Positions 47,668-57,928 are shown, numbered from the stretch's first letter. The stretch is DNA of 64,000 bases from an uncultured delta proteobacterium (GCA_963796055.1 CAWCKH010000004.1:448001-512000); one strand, 5' to 3'. A program made the numbers and translations. The notes: generated from the letters alone by a model not told the origin.

Positions 47668-48353
47668 ATGCCACCCCGCCTCCTGAACCTCCCTCCGCTG
47701 GAGCTGTTCCGGGGCTTCGTGGCCGTCGGGCGCTCGCTGAGCATCACCGCCGCCGCTCGCGAGCTGGCCATCACCCAGCCCGCGCTCAGCCGGCAGATCC
47801 ACGCCCTGGAGGATGCGCTGGGGTGCGCACTGTTCGTCCGCCATCACCGGAGCCTCGAGCTCACCCCGGAGGGGACCCGGCTCCTCCGCACCGCGGATGC
47901 GTGGCTGGACCAGCTCGGCGAGGCGATCGAGGCGCTTCGCCCGGTGGATCCGAGCTCGGTGGCCATCACCACCTCCAGCAGCTTCGCGGCCCTGTGGCTC
48001 CTCCCCCATCTCGGAGAGCTCCAGGGCAGCCATCCCGACGTCGATCTGAGAGTGGTGGCCAGCAACCGGGTGCTCGACCTGGAGCGCGAGGCCGTCGACC
48101 TCGCGGTGCGCTACTGCCCCGCGGAGCACGCCCCGTCCGGAGCGGTCCGGCTGTTCGGCGAGGACCTCGTCCCGGTGGCCACCAGGGCGGTCGATCTGGA
48201 GGATCCGCTCCAGCTCGGGAAAGCGGTCCTGCTCGACTACGACGACCCGGCCCATCCTACTGGCTGGTGTCGCGGAGCCGGCCGCTCGGGCGGAACGCCG
48301 GTCGGGTGCGGTCCTGGCTCCTCTCCCGGGCCTCGGGTGACGTCGAGGACTGA
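47668..48353 (+). pseudogene. GcvA-like LysR regulator with internal deletion/frameshift near 48255
   Basis: Intact HTH (LSITAAARELAITQPALSRQIHALE) and first half of the effector domain to DYDDPAHP. A LysR-like C-terminus (SYWLVS...RVRSWLLSRA) follows in another frame, ending TGA 48353. The second half of the effector domain is missing. Confidence 0.75.
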
Positions 48354-48461
48354 GCCGTCCCCTCAGGCCTTGGGTCGCCCGGCCGGCAAGCCCATGGCAC
48401 CGGTCAAGGCCTGCCGTGTGTGGTGACCCTGGCTCGCGCCGATGTCAGACTTCGGCGGGTC

Positions 48462-48794
48462 ATGGGCGCTCTCCGTGCACGGGCGGCAGTTCTCATGCTG
48501 CTGGCCGGCTGCGCGACCGGCGGCGGGGCCGAGGTGAACGGCATCCTGGTGCTGCTCCAGCCGCCTGACGAGGCATGTGATCCGCTGGGCTCGATGGGGG
48601 TGCGGATGTCCACCGAGCTCCTGATGCCCGAGGATGCCCTGCTCGCCTCCGCGGTGAGCGAGCTGCGCCGGCGCGCGGCGATGCGCGGGGCCACGCACCT
48701 GGTCGTCGCCCGTCCGTCGAGCCGCGGGGCGATGGCCTACGGCACCACCGCCGCCGCATCGGGCCTCGCGTACCGCTGTCCGTCGTCGCGCTGA
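48462..48794 (+). CDS. Small lipoprotein (DUF4156-like)
   Basis: Lipobox LLAG-C; C..LG.....LRRRAA..GA...V......AYRCP pattern. Confidence 0.65.
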   Translation: MGALRARAAVLMLLAGCATGGGAEVNGILVLLQPPDEACDPLGSMGVRMSTELLMPEDALLASAVSELRRRAAMRGATHLVVARPSSRGAMAYGTTAAASGLAYRCPSSR

Positions 48795-49024
48795 GCCCTC
48801 GCGGGCCGCGCTGGTGCGACATCCGTCAACGAACGTCGCTCGACGCGCGTGAAGGATTTCAGCGTGCGCGGCGAGCGTGCTCGCCCGTCGAAGAGCCGGG
48901 GAGACGAGCCACACCTGACCACATCGAAGCGAGTCCTTCTTACCTCCGCACCCGCGTGTGAGGGTCCGCGGTCCACAACACGCCCCGGGGCACTGCGCCT
49001 CGGGCTCCTCTCACGCGGGAAGGC

Positions 49025-51010
49025 ATGAACACACCACGAACTGCAACAGCGACCACCGCCGCCCTCTCCCTGATCCTCGCCGCCTGCGGACCCTCCGGCG
49101 CCGAGGACGGAGGTCCGCCGGACTCCGAGATCGCGACCACCACCGCCGCCATCGACACCTCCCTGCTCCCCAAGCAGTTCCGGACCAGCTGGGCGCCGGG
49201 TATTCCCGGTGGCGTGCCGCGGGACAACGACCCGGTGCGGCCGGCGACCGTCTGGGTTCCGGCGGGCAACCCGTATGGCGGGTATTCGGTCAACCCCGCC
49301 CTGACCGGCGCGGGCAACGCCGCGGCGTTCACCAGCGCGATGCAGGCGGCGATCAATGCCGCAGGCGCGGCCGCCACCCCGAGCAGCCGGAAGATCGTGT
49401 TCCTGAGGGCGGGCACCTACTACGTCAATCCGCAGATGCTTCCGAACAAGGGCGGCCGGGTCGGGCTCTACGTCACGGTGGACAACGTGACCATCCGCGG
49501 CGAGGGCGCCGACCGGACGCGGCTGGTGGCCAACGGGACCATCCCCGAGTACGGCACCGTGGTGCTGTTCGGCCATCGCACCGGCTTCTCCGATGCCGAC
49601 TTCCGGGTGACGGCGGTGACCGGCAACGCCTGGATGGGCACCACCAACGTGCCGGTGGCCGACGCCAGCCGGTTCGCAGTGGGCGACGTGGTGACCATCG
49701 ACACCCTGGATGGTCCGGCGAAGACCGTGGGCAGTGTCCGCTTCAACCACGACTACATCTGGTTCTACGACGCGCAGTACTTCAAGCGGCAGCCGTCGTA
49801 CTTCTGGGAGGGCCCGAGCACCGGCGCCCCGGCGCTCGACGTGCACGACCTGGCCAGCGCCAACGCCGCCGCGGTGAACGCGGTGCCCCGGTGGCGCTCG
49901 CTGATGCAGACCAGCGAGATCGTGGCCATCAGCGGCAACACCCTGTACCTCAAGGACCGGCTGGTGGTGGATTTCACGGCCTGGCGCTCGCCGCAGGTGT
50001 GGCGGGTGGTGCCGAAGGACAACCGCTCGGTGTCCCTCGGCAACCGCTGGTCGGGCATCGAGTCCATCGCGGTGGCCGGCGGGAACAACCAGTGGGGCTT
50101 CCCGGGCGGCACCATCGCCTTCAGCTACATGTCCTACGCCTGGGCGAAGAACGTCGAGGCCGACGGCTCGCGCGCGGGCGCGGGCCACCCGGGGAAGGAC
50201 GGCTACAACATCGGTCTCGGGCGCTGCTACCGGTGCGAGGTCCGCGACTCGTACGTGCACGACTCGCGCGACGAGAACCCCGGAGGTCAGGCCTACGGCA
50301 TCGTGGTCGGCACCGGGACCTCGGCGAGCCTGGTGGAGAACAACATCTCCATCAACAACAACAAGCCCGTGGTCTCCATCTCCAGCGGGGGCGGGAACGT
50401 CATCGCCTACAACTACGTGGACAACGCGGTCATCTGGAGCGCGCCGGGCTGGCAGGAGAACGCCATCGACGACAGCCACGGGGCCTTCACCCACCACGAC
50501 CTGGTGGAGGGGAACTGGACGCCGAACCTCGGCTCGGACACCACCCACGGGAACTCCGGGTGGCACGTGCACTTCCGGAACTACGCCACTGGCCGGAACT
50601 CGTCGGGGAGCGTCACCGGCAACATTCGCGCGGTCGGCGTGGACGCCTGGACGCACGAGAGCGCCTTCGTGGGCAACGTGCTCCGCGGCGGGAACGTCTA
50701 CGAGACCAATCCCTCGTCCCGGAACGGAACGCCAATCTTCTCCCTGGGAAACAACTTCCTGTCGGGCGGCAACTGGGACGACGGCTACGCCAAGGCCCAT
50801 GTCTGGCGTGATGGCAACTGGGATTCGGTGAACGGGCGCACCGTCTGGGCCGCCGGGGTGAAGGCGCTTCCGCCGTCGCTCTACCGGAGCACCAAGCCGG
50901 CGTTCTTCGGAAGCAACCCCTGGCCGTGGGTGGATCCATCGACCGGGGCGGTGTCCACCTTGCCTGCCAAGGCGCGCTACGACGCCGGCAGGCCGAACGT
51001 CGTTCCCTGA
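49025..51010 (+). CDS. Lipoprotein with a predicted right-handed beta-helix (pectin-lyase-like) fold
   Basis: Lipobox LAA-C; QAAINAA...VFLRAGTY..VTIRGEG; Asn-rich repeats (LVENN, GNVIAYN, LVEGN); C-terminal LPPSLY..KPAFFG..PWP. Confidence 0.7.
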   Translation: MNTPRTATATTAALSLILAACGPSGAEDGGPPDSEIATTTAAIDTSLLPKQFRTSWAPGIPGGVPRDNDPVRPATVWVPAGNPYGGYSVNPALTGAGNAAAFTSAMQAAINAAGAAATPSSRKIVFLRAGTYYVNPQMLPNKGGRVGLYVTVDNVTIRGEGADRTRLVANGTIPEYGTVVLFGHRTGFSDADFRVTAVTGNAWMGTTNVPVADASRFAVGDVVTIDTLDGPAKTVGSVRFNHDYIWFYDAQYFKRQPSYFWEGPSTGAPALDVHDLASANAAAVNAVPRWRSLMQTSEIVAISGNTLYLKDRLVVDFTAWRSPQVWRVVPKDNRSVSLGNRWSGIESIAVAGGNNQWGFPGGTIAFSYMSYAWAKNVEADGSRAGAGHPGKDGYNIGLGRCYRCEVRDSYVHDSRDENPGGQAYGIVVGTGTSASLVENNISINNNKPVVSISSGGGNVIAYNYVDNAVIWSAPGWQENAIDDSHGAFTHHDLVEGNWTPNLGSDTTHGNSGWHVHFRNYATGRNSSGSVTGNIRAVGVDAWTHESAFVGNVLRGGNVYETNPSSRNGTPIFSLGNNFLSGGNWDDGYAKAHVWRDGNWDSVNGRTVWAAGVKALPPSLYRSTKPAFFGSNPWPWVDPSTGAVSTLPAKARYDAGRPNVVP

Positions 51011-51034
51011 CCGGGACTCCGGGCGCGCCGGCGG

Positions 51035-51174
51035 TCAGCGCTGGCCGGCGCGCTCGTGCATCCAGGCCTCGCTCACCCGCTGGGCGCGGTCGGGCCGGTC
51101 CACCACCAGGATGAGCTGATGGGCGTGCCCAGCGCCCCGGGACGGTGCGGGAGCCGCAGGCACAGGTCCCTCAT
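51035..51174 (-). pseudogene. ACT-domain protein remnant (both termini only)
   Basis: ATGA-coupled to osmC. MRDLCLRLPHRPGALG (ACT start) is joined out of frame to HAHQLILVVDRPDRAQRVSEAWMHERAGQR*; 140 bp total. Confidence 0.7.
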
Positions 51175-51674
51175 GGCCGGGCCGCCTCGCCGGGCAGCCG
51201 GACCTCGGGCGCGTGCCGGACGGCAAAGTTGCAGGAGCCGGCGATGAAGCACTGCTGGCCGGCGCGCTGGTGAAGAGACCGCGCGAGGGCGAGGTCGGTC
51301 CCTGCGGCGACGGTCACCTGGGGCCGGAGGATGACCTCCTGGAAGCTTCCGCCGCCATCCGGACGGAGGACCATCGTCCCCTCGGCGGAGTCCTCGTAGG
51401 TGAGCACCTGGACGCCGGCCCGTGCGCACAGCGCGAGATAGCTCAGCATGTGACAGCCGGCGAGCGCCGCGACCAGGAGGTCCTCCGGGTTGTGCAAGGT
51501 CGAGTCTCCGCGGAACGCCGGATCGGCACTGGCGACCAGGTCCGGCTTCCCTTCCATCCGGATGCGGTACTGCCTCCCGTAGCTGCGGTAGTCCGCGGTC
51601 CCGCTGCCCTGGTTGCCCTCCCACACCAGCGAGGCACGGTACGAGTGACTTCGATGCGAGGCGTCGGTGGTCAT
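51171..51674 (-). CDS. OsmC/Ohr-family protein
   Basis: SADPAFRGD, NPEDLLVAALAGCHMLSYL, second Cys in CFIA. Confidence 0.9.
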   Translation of the reverse strand: MTTDASHRSHSYRASLVWEGNQGSGTADYRSYGRQYRIRMEGKPDLVASADPAFRGDSTLHNPEDLLVAALAGCHMLSYLALCARAGVQVLTYEDSAEGTMVLRPDGGGSFQEVILRPQVTVAAGTDLALARSLHQRAGQQCFIAGSCNFAVRHAPEVRLPGEAARP

Positions 51675-51773
51675 GACCAGCCGGGAGAGTAGCGCCCCTC
51701 GCATCAGCGAAACTTCGGCGACACCCGAATCGTTGCCGGCAAACCAGGTCGCGACCGCTAGAGTCCGACGGCG

Positions 51774-52139
51774 ATGCCCACCACCACATTCCTCGGCAAC
51801 GCGTTCCACTCGGTCTCGCAGAACGGGAGCCGCCTCTTCGACCAGGGGCCGTTCAGCACCTGGGTGGGGAATCTCGTACTGGACCTCGCCAGCACGCCGC
51901 TCCCGCCGGGGCGCTACCAGGTCCAGGCCGAGGTGGTCATCGCCGGAAACGTGGAGATCTACCTCCCCGGCGACGCCAGCTTCACCCTCACCGGCAGCAC
52001 GGTCCTCGGGGAGCGCAAGGTGCGAGACGGGCTCGACGACGGCAAGCAGCTCCGGCGCCGGTGGGACCACTTCTTCGGCCGCACATCGCAGGTTCCGGCG
52101 CTGCCGGCGAGCTTTCCCCTGGCCCCCCATCGGCTCTGA
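51774..52139 (+). CDS. LiaF/DUF2154-like beta-domain small protein
   Basis: GNLVLDL...GNVEIYLP......GSTVLG pattern; may be truncated. Confidence 0.5.
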   Translation: MPTTTFLGNAFHSVSQNGSRLFDQGPFSTWVGNLVLDLASTPLPPGRYQVQAEVVIAGNVEIYLPGDASFTLTGSTVLGERKVRDGLDDGKQLRRRWDHFFGRTSQVPALPASFPLAPHRL

Positions 52140-52250
52140 GCCCTGCTCGGGGGTGGGGGAGAACGCACCCCGTCGCCCACCAACGCGTCGCGGCGTTCCG
52201 GGGGCTTCACCCGATGGCCGCCGCTGGTGATAGTGACGGGTTGCAACCCC

Positions 52251-55200
52251 ATGGAATCGCCCGTCCTCTCGGTGTCCGAGGCCCTTGCCGGCAAGCGCAT
52301 CCTCCTGACGGGGAGCACCGGGTTCCTGGGCAAGGTCACGCTCTCGATGCTCCTCCACCGCTACGGGAGCGTGCTGGGACGCGTCTGGACCCTGGTCCGG
52401 CGCGGCTCGGCGACCAGCGCCGAGGCCCGGTTCGTGGAGAAGGTGGTCCGCAGCGAGCCCTTCCAGCCGCTCCGGGACCACCACGGCGACGAGCAGGCCG
52501 AGGCTTTCGTCCTGGCGCGCTGCGGGGTGCTCGACGGCGACATCACCGAGCCGCTGTTCGGTCTGTCCGACGACGAGCTCCGGATGCTCGCCGGCCAGGT
52601 GGACGTGGTCGTCAACTGCGCCGGCCTGGTCTCTTTCAACCCGCCGCTCGAGGTGGGGCTGAAGATCAACACCTACGGGGTCCGGAACGCGGTCGAGCTG
52701 TGCCAGCGGCTGGGGGTCCCGCTGATCCACGTCTCCACCGCCTTCGTGGTCGGCAACCGGAGCGGGCTGGTCTTCGAGGACGAGGAGATTGCCGGCTACT
52801 TCCCCCGGAAGGGCGAGCTGGACGGGCGTGACTTCACGCTCCAGAGCGAGCTCGACGACGCCGCCCGGCTGGTGAAGCGGCTGCGGGAGCAGGCCGAGGA
52901 CCATGCCCTCACCTCGGAGTTCCGCGCCCGCGCGCTGGAACGACTCGAGGAGGAGGGTCGCGATGGCCGCGACGACAAGACGCTCCGGCTGGCGGTGGGC
53001 CGGGAGCGAAAGCTGTGGCTCAGCCAGAAGCTCACCGAGGCTGGCATGGACCGCGCCCGGAGCTGGGGCTGGCCCAACACCTACACCTATACCAAGTCGC
53101 TCGGTGAGCAGGTCATCGCCGGCGCGCCCGGTCTGAGCTACGCCATCGTCCGCCCGAGCATCGTCGAGAGCGCGCTCCGCTACCCCTTCCCCGGCTGGAA
53201 CGAGGGCTTCACCACCTCGGCGCCGCTGGCCTTCGCCGGCCTGAAGGGCCACCGGCTCATCCCCGCGAACGAGCGAACCATCCTGGACATCATCCCGGTG
53301 GACCTGGTGGCCGGCTCGCTCATCGCCATCACCGCCCGGGCCCTGCACCACCCCGAGCGGCGCGTCTACCAGCAGGCATCGGGCGACTCGAACCCGTTCT
53401 ACGCCCCCCGCTCGGTGGAGCTGGTCGGGCTGTACCGCCGCAAGCACTACCGCGAGCGCGAGACCGGGAGCGCGCTGCTGAACGACGTGAAGAGCCGGCT
53501 CGAGCCGCAGCCGGTGTCCAAGCGCAGCTTCCTCTCCCGCTCCGCCCCGCTCTTCGCCACCGGCGCCCGTCTCCTGCGCCAGGGCATCGAGGATCACGGG
53601 CCCCGGTGGGGAGCGCCGCGCGTCTCGGCCATGCTGGAACGCGCCAGGGAGCAGCTGGAGCGGGTGGAGGAGCAGGCCTCGTCGCTCTCGGCGCTGATCG
53701 AGCTCTTCCTCCCCTTCCTCTGGGAGAACCGGTACGTCTTCCGCTGCGACAACACCCGCGCGCTGTACGCGGCGATGGACCCCGAGGACGCGGCGAAGAT
53801 CCCCTGGGACCCACACGGCATCGACTGGCGGCGCTACTTCCTGGAGATCCACCTCCCCGGTCTGGAGAGGTGGGTCTTCCCCGGCCTCGAGGAGGAGCGC
53901 GAGCGCCGCAAGGCCATTCACGCCCACCGCGACCTGCTCGAGCTGTTCGACTCCGCGGTGCACACCTACCGGCACCGGGTCGCGTTCCGCCGCGTCGAGG
54001 ACGACCGCGAGGAGCGCTTCACCTACGGCGAGGTGCACCGCTGGGCCGCCCGGGTGGGGAGCTTCCTGCTCCGGAGCGGGGTGAAGCAGGGCGACCGGGT
54101 GCTGCTCATCTCCGAGAACCGCCCCGAGTGGCCCATCGCCTACTTCGGCATCCTCCGCGCCGGCGCCACCGTCGTCCCGGTGGACCCGGCCTCCAGCGAG
54201 TCCGAGGTGGTCAACATCGTGCGCCGCAGCCAGGCGCGGGTGGTGCTCCTCTCCGAGGAGGCGGCGCACGACCTCCCCGGCCTCTGGCGCACGCTCTCCG
54301 GGCAGTCGCTGGAGGTGACCCTGGCCACCCTGGCCCAGGCGATGGAGGGCGACGTCGGGCAGCCCGGGCGCATCGGGGCGGTGCGGAAGAGCGCCGCCCC
54401 GGACGACGTGGCCTCGCTCATCTTCACCTCGGGAACCACCGGCACGCCCAAGGGGGTGATGCTCACCCACCGGAACTTCGCCTCGCTGGTGCCGAAGCTC
54501 GCCGCCTCCTTCGACTTCGGGGTAGGCGACGGGCTGCTCTCGGTCCTTCCGCTCCACCACACCTTCGAGTTCTCCGCGGGGCTGCTCACCCCGTTCAGCC
54601 GGGGCGCCGAGGTGACGTACCTCGACGAGCTCACCACCGACCGGCTGGGCGAGGTGCTCGAGTCAGGGCACGTCACCGCAATGATCGGCGTTCCCGCGCT
54701 GTGGACGCTCTTCCACCGCAAGGTGACCCAGGAGCTGGCGGCGAAGCCGGCGCTGGTCGAGCAGGCGATCCGGGCGCTGATGTCCGCCCACGGCTCGCTG
54801 CGAAATCGAAGGAACGTCAACCTGGGCAAGCTGCTGTTCTGGCCGGTGCACAGGAAGTTCGGGGGCCGGATCAAGTTCCTGGTCTCCGGCGGCTCGGCGC
54901 TGCCCGACGAGGTGCACAAGGTCTTCCACGACCTCGGCTTCGACCTGGCCGAGGGGTACGGACTCACCGAGGCGGCGCCGGTGCTCAGTGTCCAGGCGGT
55001 CGGGAACAAGCGCGTGCCCGGGAGCGTGGGGAAGGCGCTCCCCGGCATCGAGCTGCGCATCGACGGCCCGGACAACGAGGGCATCGGCGAGGTGTGCGCG
55101 CGGGGGCCCAACGTGATGGCCGGCTACTTCGCGGACCGCGAGTCCACCGACGCCACCCTGGTCGACGGCTGGCTGCACACCGGCGACCTCGGTCGGCTCG

Positions 55201-56651
55201 AAGCCGACGGGCAGCTCTACCTGGTGGGGCGCAAGAAGGACGTCATCATCGACGCCAACGGGAAGAACGCCTACCCGGACGAGCTGGAGGAGCTCTACGG
55301 GGACCACCCGGCGATCAAGGAGCTGTCGGTGGTCGGTCTTGCGGACGACGCGGGCGGCGAGACGGTGGCCTGCCTCTGCGTGCCCGAATACGGAGAGCGC
55401 CACCGCGAGGACGTACGGGCGGAGCTGGAGGAGCACTTCCGCCGGGTCTCGTCCGAGCTGCCCTTCCATCGGCGCGTCAAGGTGCTGCGCTTCTGGGACG
55501 GCGAGCTGCCCAAGACCAGCACCCGGAAGGTGAAGCGCAAGCTGGTGGTGGACGAGTTGCGGAAGCTGGAGAAGCTCGCCGCATCCGGGGAGAAGGCGCG
55601 GCCCGTCGCGCATGGTGGCTCGACCGACTGGCTCCAGCGGCTGGTGGCCGAGGTCATCGGCAAGCCGGCCAGCGAGGTCCGGCCCGAGTCACGGCTGTCG
55701 GCGGATCTGGGATTCGACTCGCTGATGCTGACCGAGCTCTCGGTGGCGCTCGAGGCCGCTGGCATCGCCCTGCCCGAGGCGGGGGACCTCTCCGGCGTGG
55801 AGACGGTGAAGGACCTGGGGCGCCTGCTGGGAAGCGCCGCGCGGCGTCTGGCCGAGCCGGCCGAGGGCGTTCAGCCGGCGCAGACCGAGGCCGAGCCGGG
55901 AAGCCGGGAGATCCCCGTGCCGGCGCCGGTCGCCACGTTTGGCCGCACCATGCTCGACCTCTGGCAGAAGGCGATGTTCGGCGGGGTGTTCGAGGTGAAG
56001 GTGACCGGCCAGGCCTACGTTCCGCAGAGCGGAAACTTCCTGGTCATCGCCAACCACAGCTCGCACCTGGACATGGGACTGGTGAAGTACGCCCTGGGCG
56101 AGCAGGGCGGCCGGATGGCCTCGCTGGCGGCGCGAGACTACTTCTTCGACACCCCGCTCAAGCGGGCCTGGTTCGAGAACTTCACCAACCTCATCCCCAT
56201 GGACCGCCACGGGAGCCTGCGGGAGTCGCTGCGGCTGGCGGGGGAGGCGCTGCAGAGCGGCTACCACCTGCTCCTGTTCCCCGAGGGGACGCGCTCACCC
56301 GACGGGCAGATGCGCGAGTTCTACCCCACGCTGGGCTACCTCGCGCTGTCGTGTGGGGTGGACATCCTCCCCCTGTACATCCAGGGGGCGTACGAGGCCC
56401 TTCCGAAGGGGAGCATGCTCCCCAGGCAGACGGAGATCTCGGTCCGCATCGGGCCGGCGCTGGGGATCGGCGAGCTGCGGCGCCGCGCCCGGGGGCTCGC
56501 CCGCAGCGAGAGCTATCGCCTGGTGACCCGCATCGCCGAGGAAGCAGTGAAGCGGCTGCGGGAAGGTGAGGTGTTCTGGCTCGAGCCCGACGTGGAGCTG
56601 GCGCCGGCGCCGGTCCGTCCACGGCGCAGCTCGGGCGGGGGACCGAGGTGA
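52251..56651 (+). CDS. elbD: ElbD-type multienzyme: fatty acyl reductase + acyl-CoA synthetase + ACP + acyltransferase (ether-lipid biosynthesis)
   Basis: FAR TGSTGFLGK, HVSTAFV, YTYTK; adenylation FTSGTTGTPKG, GYGLTE, TGDLG; ACP LGFDSL; PlsC NHSSHLD, FPEGTRS. Same domain order as Myxococcus xanthus ElbD. Confidence 0.88.
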   Translation: MESPVLSVSEALAGKRILLTGSTGFLGKVTLSMLLHRYGSVLGRVWTLVRRGSATSAEARFVEKVVRSEPFQPLRDHHGDEQAEAFVLARCGVLDGDITEPLFGLSDDELRMLAGQVDVVVNCAGLVSFNPPLEVGLKINTYGVRNAVELCQRLGVPLIHVSTAFVVGNRSGLVFEDEEIAGYFPRKGELDGRDFTLQSELDDAARLVKRLREQAEDHALTSEFRARALERLEEEGRDGRDDKTLRLAVGRERKLWLSQKLTEAGMDRARSWGWPNTYTYTKSLGEQVIAGAPGLSYAIVRPSIVESALRYPFPGWNEGFTTSAPLAFAGLKGHRLIPANERTILDIIPVDLVAGSLIAITARALHHPERRVYQQASGDSNPFYAPRSVELVGLYRRKHYRERETGSALLNDVKSRLEPQPVSKRSFLSRSAPLFATGARLLRQGIEDHGPRWGAPRVSAMLERAREQLERVEEQASSLSALIELFLPFLWENRYVFRCDNTRALYAAMDPEDAAKIPWDPHGIDWRRYFLEIHLPGLERWVFPGLEEERERRKAIHAHRDLLELFDSAVHTYRHRVAFRRVEDDREERFTYGEVHRWAARVGSFLLRSGVKQGDRVLLISENRPEWPIAYFGILRAGATVVPVDPASSESEVVNIVRRSQARVVLLSEEAAHDLPGLWRTLSGQSLEVTLATLAQAMEGDVGQPGRIGAVRKSAAPDDVASLIFTSGTTGTPKGVMLTHRNFASLVPKLAASFDFGVGDGLLSVLPLHHTFEFSAGLLTPFSRGAEVTYLDELTTDRLGEVLESGHVTAMIGVPALWTLFHRKVTQELAAKPALVEQAIRALMSAHGSLRNRRNVNLGKLLFWPVHRKFGGRIKFLVSGGSALPDEVHKVFHDLGFDLAEGYGLTEAAPVLSVQAVGNKRVPGSVGKALPGIELRIDGPDNEGIGEVCARGPNVMAGYFADRESTDATLVDGWLHTGDLGRLEADGQLYLVGRKKDVIIDANGKNAYPDELEELYGDHPAIKELSVVGLADDAGGETVACLCVPEYGERHREDVRAELEEHFRRVSSELPFHRRVKVLRFWDGELPKTSTRKVKRKLVVDELRKLEKLAASGEKARPVAHGGSTDWLQRLVAEVIGKPASEVRPESRLSADLGFDSLMLTELSVALEAAGIALPEAGDLSGVETVKDLGRLLGSAARRLAEPAEGVQPAQTEAEPGSREIPVPAPVATFGRTMLDLWQKAMFGGVFEVKVTGQAYVPQSGNFLVIANHSSHLDMGLVKYALGEQGGRMASLAARDYFFDTPLKRAWFENFTNLIPMDRHGSLRESLRLAGEALQSGYHLLLFPEGTRSPDGQMREFYPTLGYLALSCGVDILPLYIQGAYEALPKGSMLPRQTEISVRIGPALGIGELRRRARGLARSESYRLVTRIAEEAVKRLREGEVFWLEPDVELAPAPVRPRRSSGGGPR

Positions 56652-57688
56652 GCGGCGGCCGGAACATCCTGGTCACCGGCGCCACCGGCTTCCTGGGCAA
56701 GGCCGTCGTTCCCCGGCTGGCAGAGGCGGGACATCGGGTCAGGATGCTGGGCCGGAGAACGCCCGGGGCCGAGCTGCTCGCCCACGGCGAGTTCGTCCAG
56801 GGAGACCTCGCCGACCGGGCCGTGCTGAAGCGGGCGCTCGCCGGCATCGACGTGCTGTACCACCTGGCGGGGATGGTCTCGTTCGATCCCGCGGACGGCC
56901 CGGCGATGTACCGGCTGCACGTGGCGGGGACTCGGGGGCTCCTCGAGGAGGTACGGGCACGCGGGGGACTGCAGAGAATGGTGCTCGCCTCGACCAGCGG
57001 GACGATCGCCGTCTCGCGTACCGAACGGGTGGCGACCGAGGAGGACCTTCCGCCGGTCGAGGTGGTGGGCCGCTGGCCGTACTACCTCTCGAAGATCTAC
57101 GAGGAGAAGCTGGTCCTCGAGTTCGCCGGCAAGCACCGGATGCCCGTATTGGTCCTCAACCCCAGCCTGCTGCTCGGACCCGGCGACGAGCGGCTGTCGT
57201 CCACCTGGACGGTGATGAAGTTCCTCCAGCGCGACCTCCCGGCGATGCCCAACGGCGGCATCAGCTTCGTGGACGTGCGGGATGCAGCGGACGTCTTCGT
57301 GGCCGCGCTCGACCGGGGAGAGCCGGGCGGCAAGCACCTGATCGGCGTCAACATGTCGATGTCCGAGTTCTTCGGCCGGCTGGAGCGCCTCTCCGGCGTC
57401 CCCGGGCCGCGGCTCCGGCTCCCCTCGAAGCTCAACGTGGCCGGGGCGAAGCTGCTGGAGAAGCTGGCCGAGGCCCGCGGGCGGGAACCGGCGCTGGACG
57501 CGGCGAGCGTGGACATCGCCGAACACTGGTTCTGGGTGGATGCACGGAAGGCCGAGCGCGAGCTGGGATTCGTGGCCCGCGACCCCCAGGAGACGCTGCG
57601 GGACACGGTGATGGATCTGCTCTCCCGGATGCCGGAGAAGCAGTGGCCCGGGACCAAGGGGCGACTGGCGGCGCTGCGACGGAGCTGA
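56648..57688 (+). CDS. NAD-dependent epimerase/dehydratase (ElbE/HpnA-like)
   Basis: TGATGFLG, HLAG, YYLSK, NPS..LGPGD, VDVRDAA. GTGA-coupled to elbD. Confidence 0.88.
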   Translation: MSGGRNILVTGATGFLGKAVVPRLAEAGHRVRMLGRRTPGAELLAHGEFVQGDLADRAVLKRALAGIDVLYHLAGMVSFDPADGPAMYRLHVAGTRGLLEEVRARGGLQRMVLASTSGTIAVSRTERVATEEDLPPVEVVGRWPYYLSKIYEEKLVLEFAGKHRMPVLVLNPSLLLGPGDERLSSTWTVMKFLQRDLPAMPNGGISFVDVRDAADVFVAALDRGEPGGKHLIGVNMSMSEFFGRLERLSGVPGPRLRLPSKLNVAGAKLLEKLAEARGREPALDAASVDIAEHWFWVDARKAERELGFVARDPQETLRDTVMDLLSRMPEKQWPGTKGRLAALRRS

Positions 57689-57864
57689 GCGGCGGGAGCG
57701 GGCTCGCGCTCCCCATGAGGGTCCGAGCCCGCCAGGGTGTAACCCACCAGCAGCCACTCCCCCACCCCGTCGAAGCCTGGCATCGAGCTGGGCGGACCTT
57801 CATCGACGAGCGGGCGCATCTGGAGAACTCCCGACGTTCGGCGCGTCAGGCTCGCCTTCCATGC

Positions 57865-57880
57865 TGGCACTGCCGGTGCA
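57865..57880 (+). promoter_or_regulatory. Putative sigma54 -24/-12 promoter of microprotein 1
   Basis: TGGCACTGCCGGTGCA (GG-N10-GC), about 50 bp before ATG 57929. Confidence 0.75.
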
Positions 57881-57928
57881 GCGTCGACCCGCCACACCGG
57901 CTCGTCGCGGGTCGGCGGGGAGACCACC

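Noticed and set aside
48354..48426. C-terminus of a full-length 252-aa LysR as given in the ORF track
   Set aside because: Sequence after DYDDPAHP is non-LysR read-through; the LysR-like terminus is in another frame.
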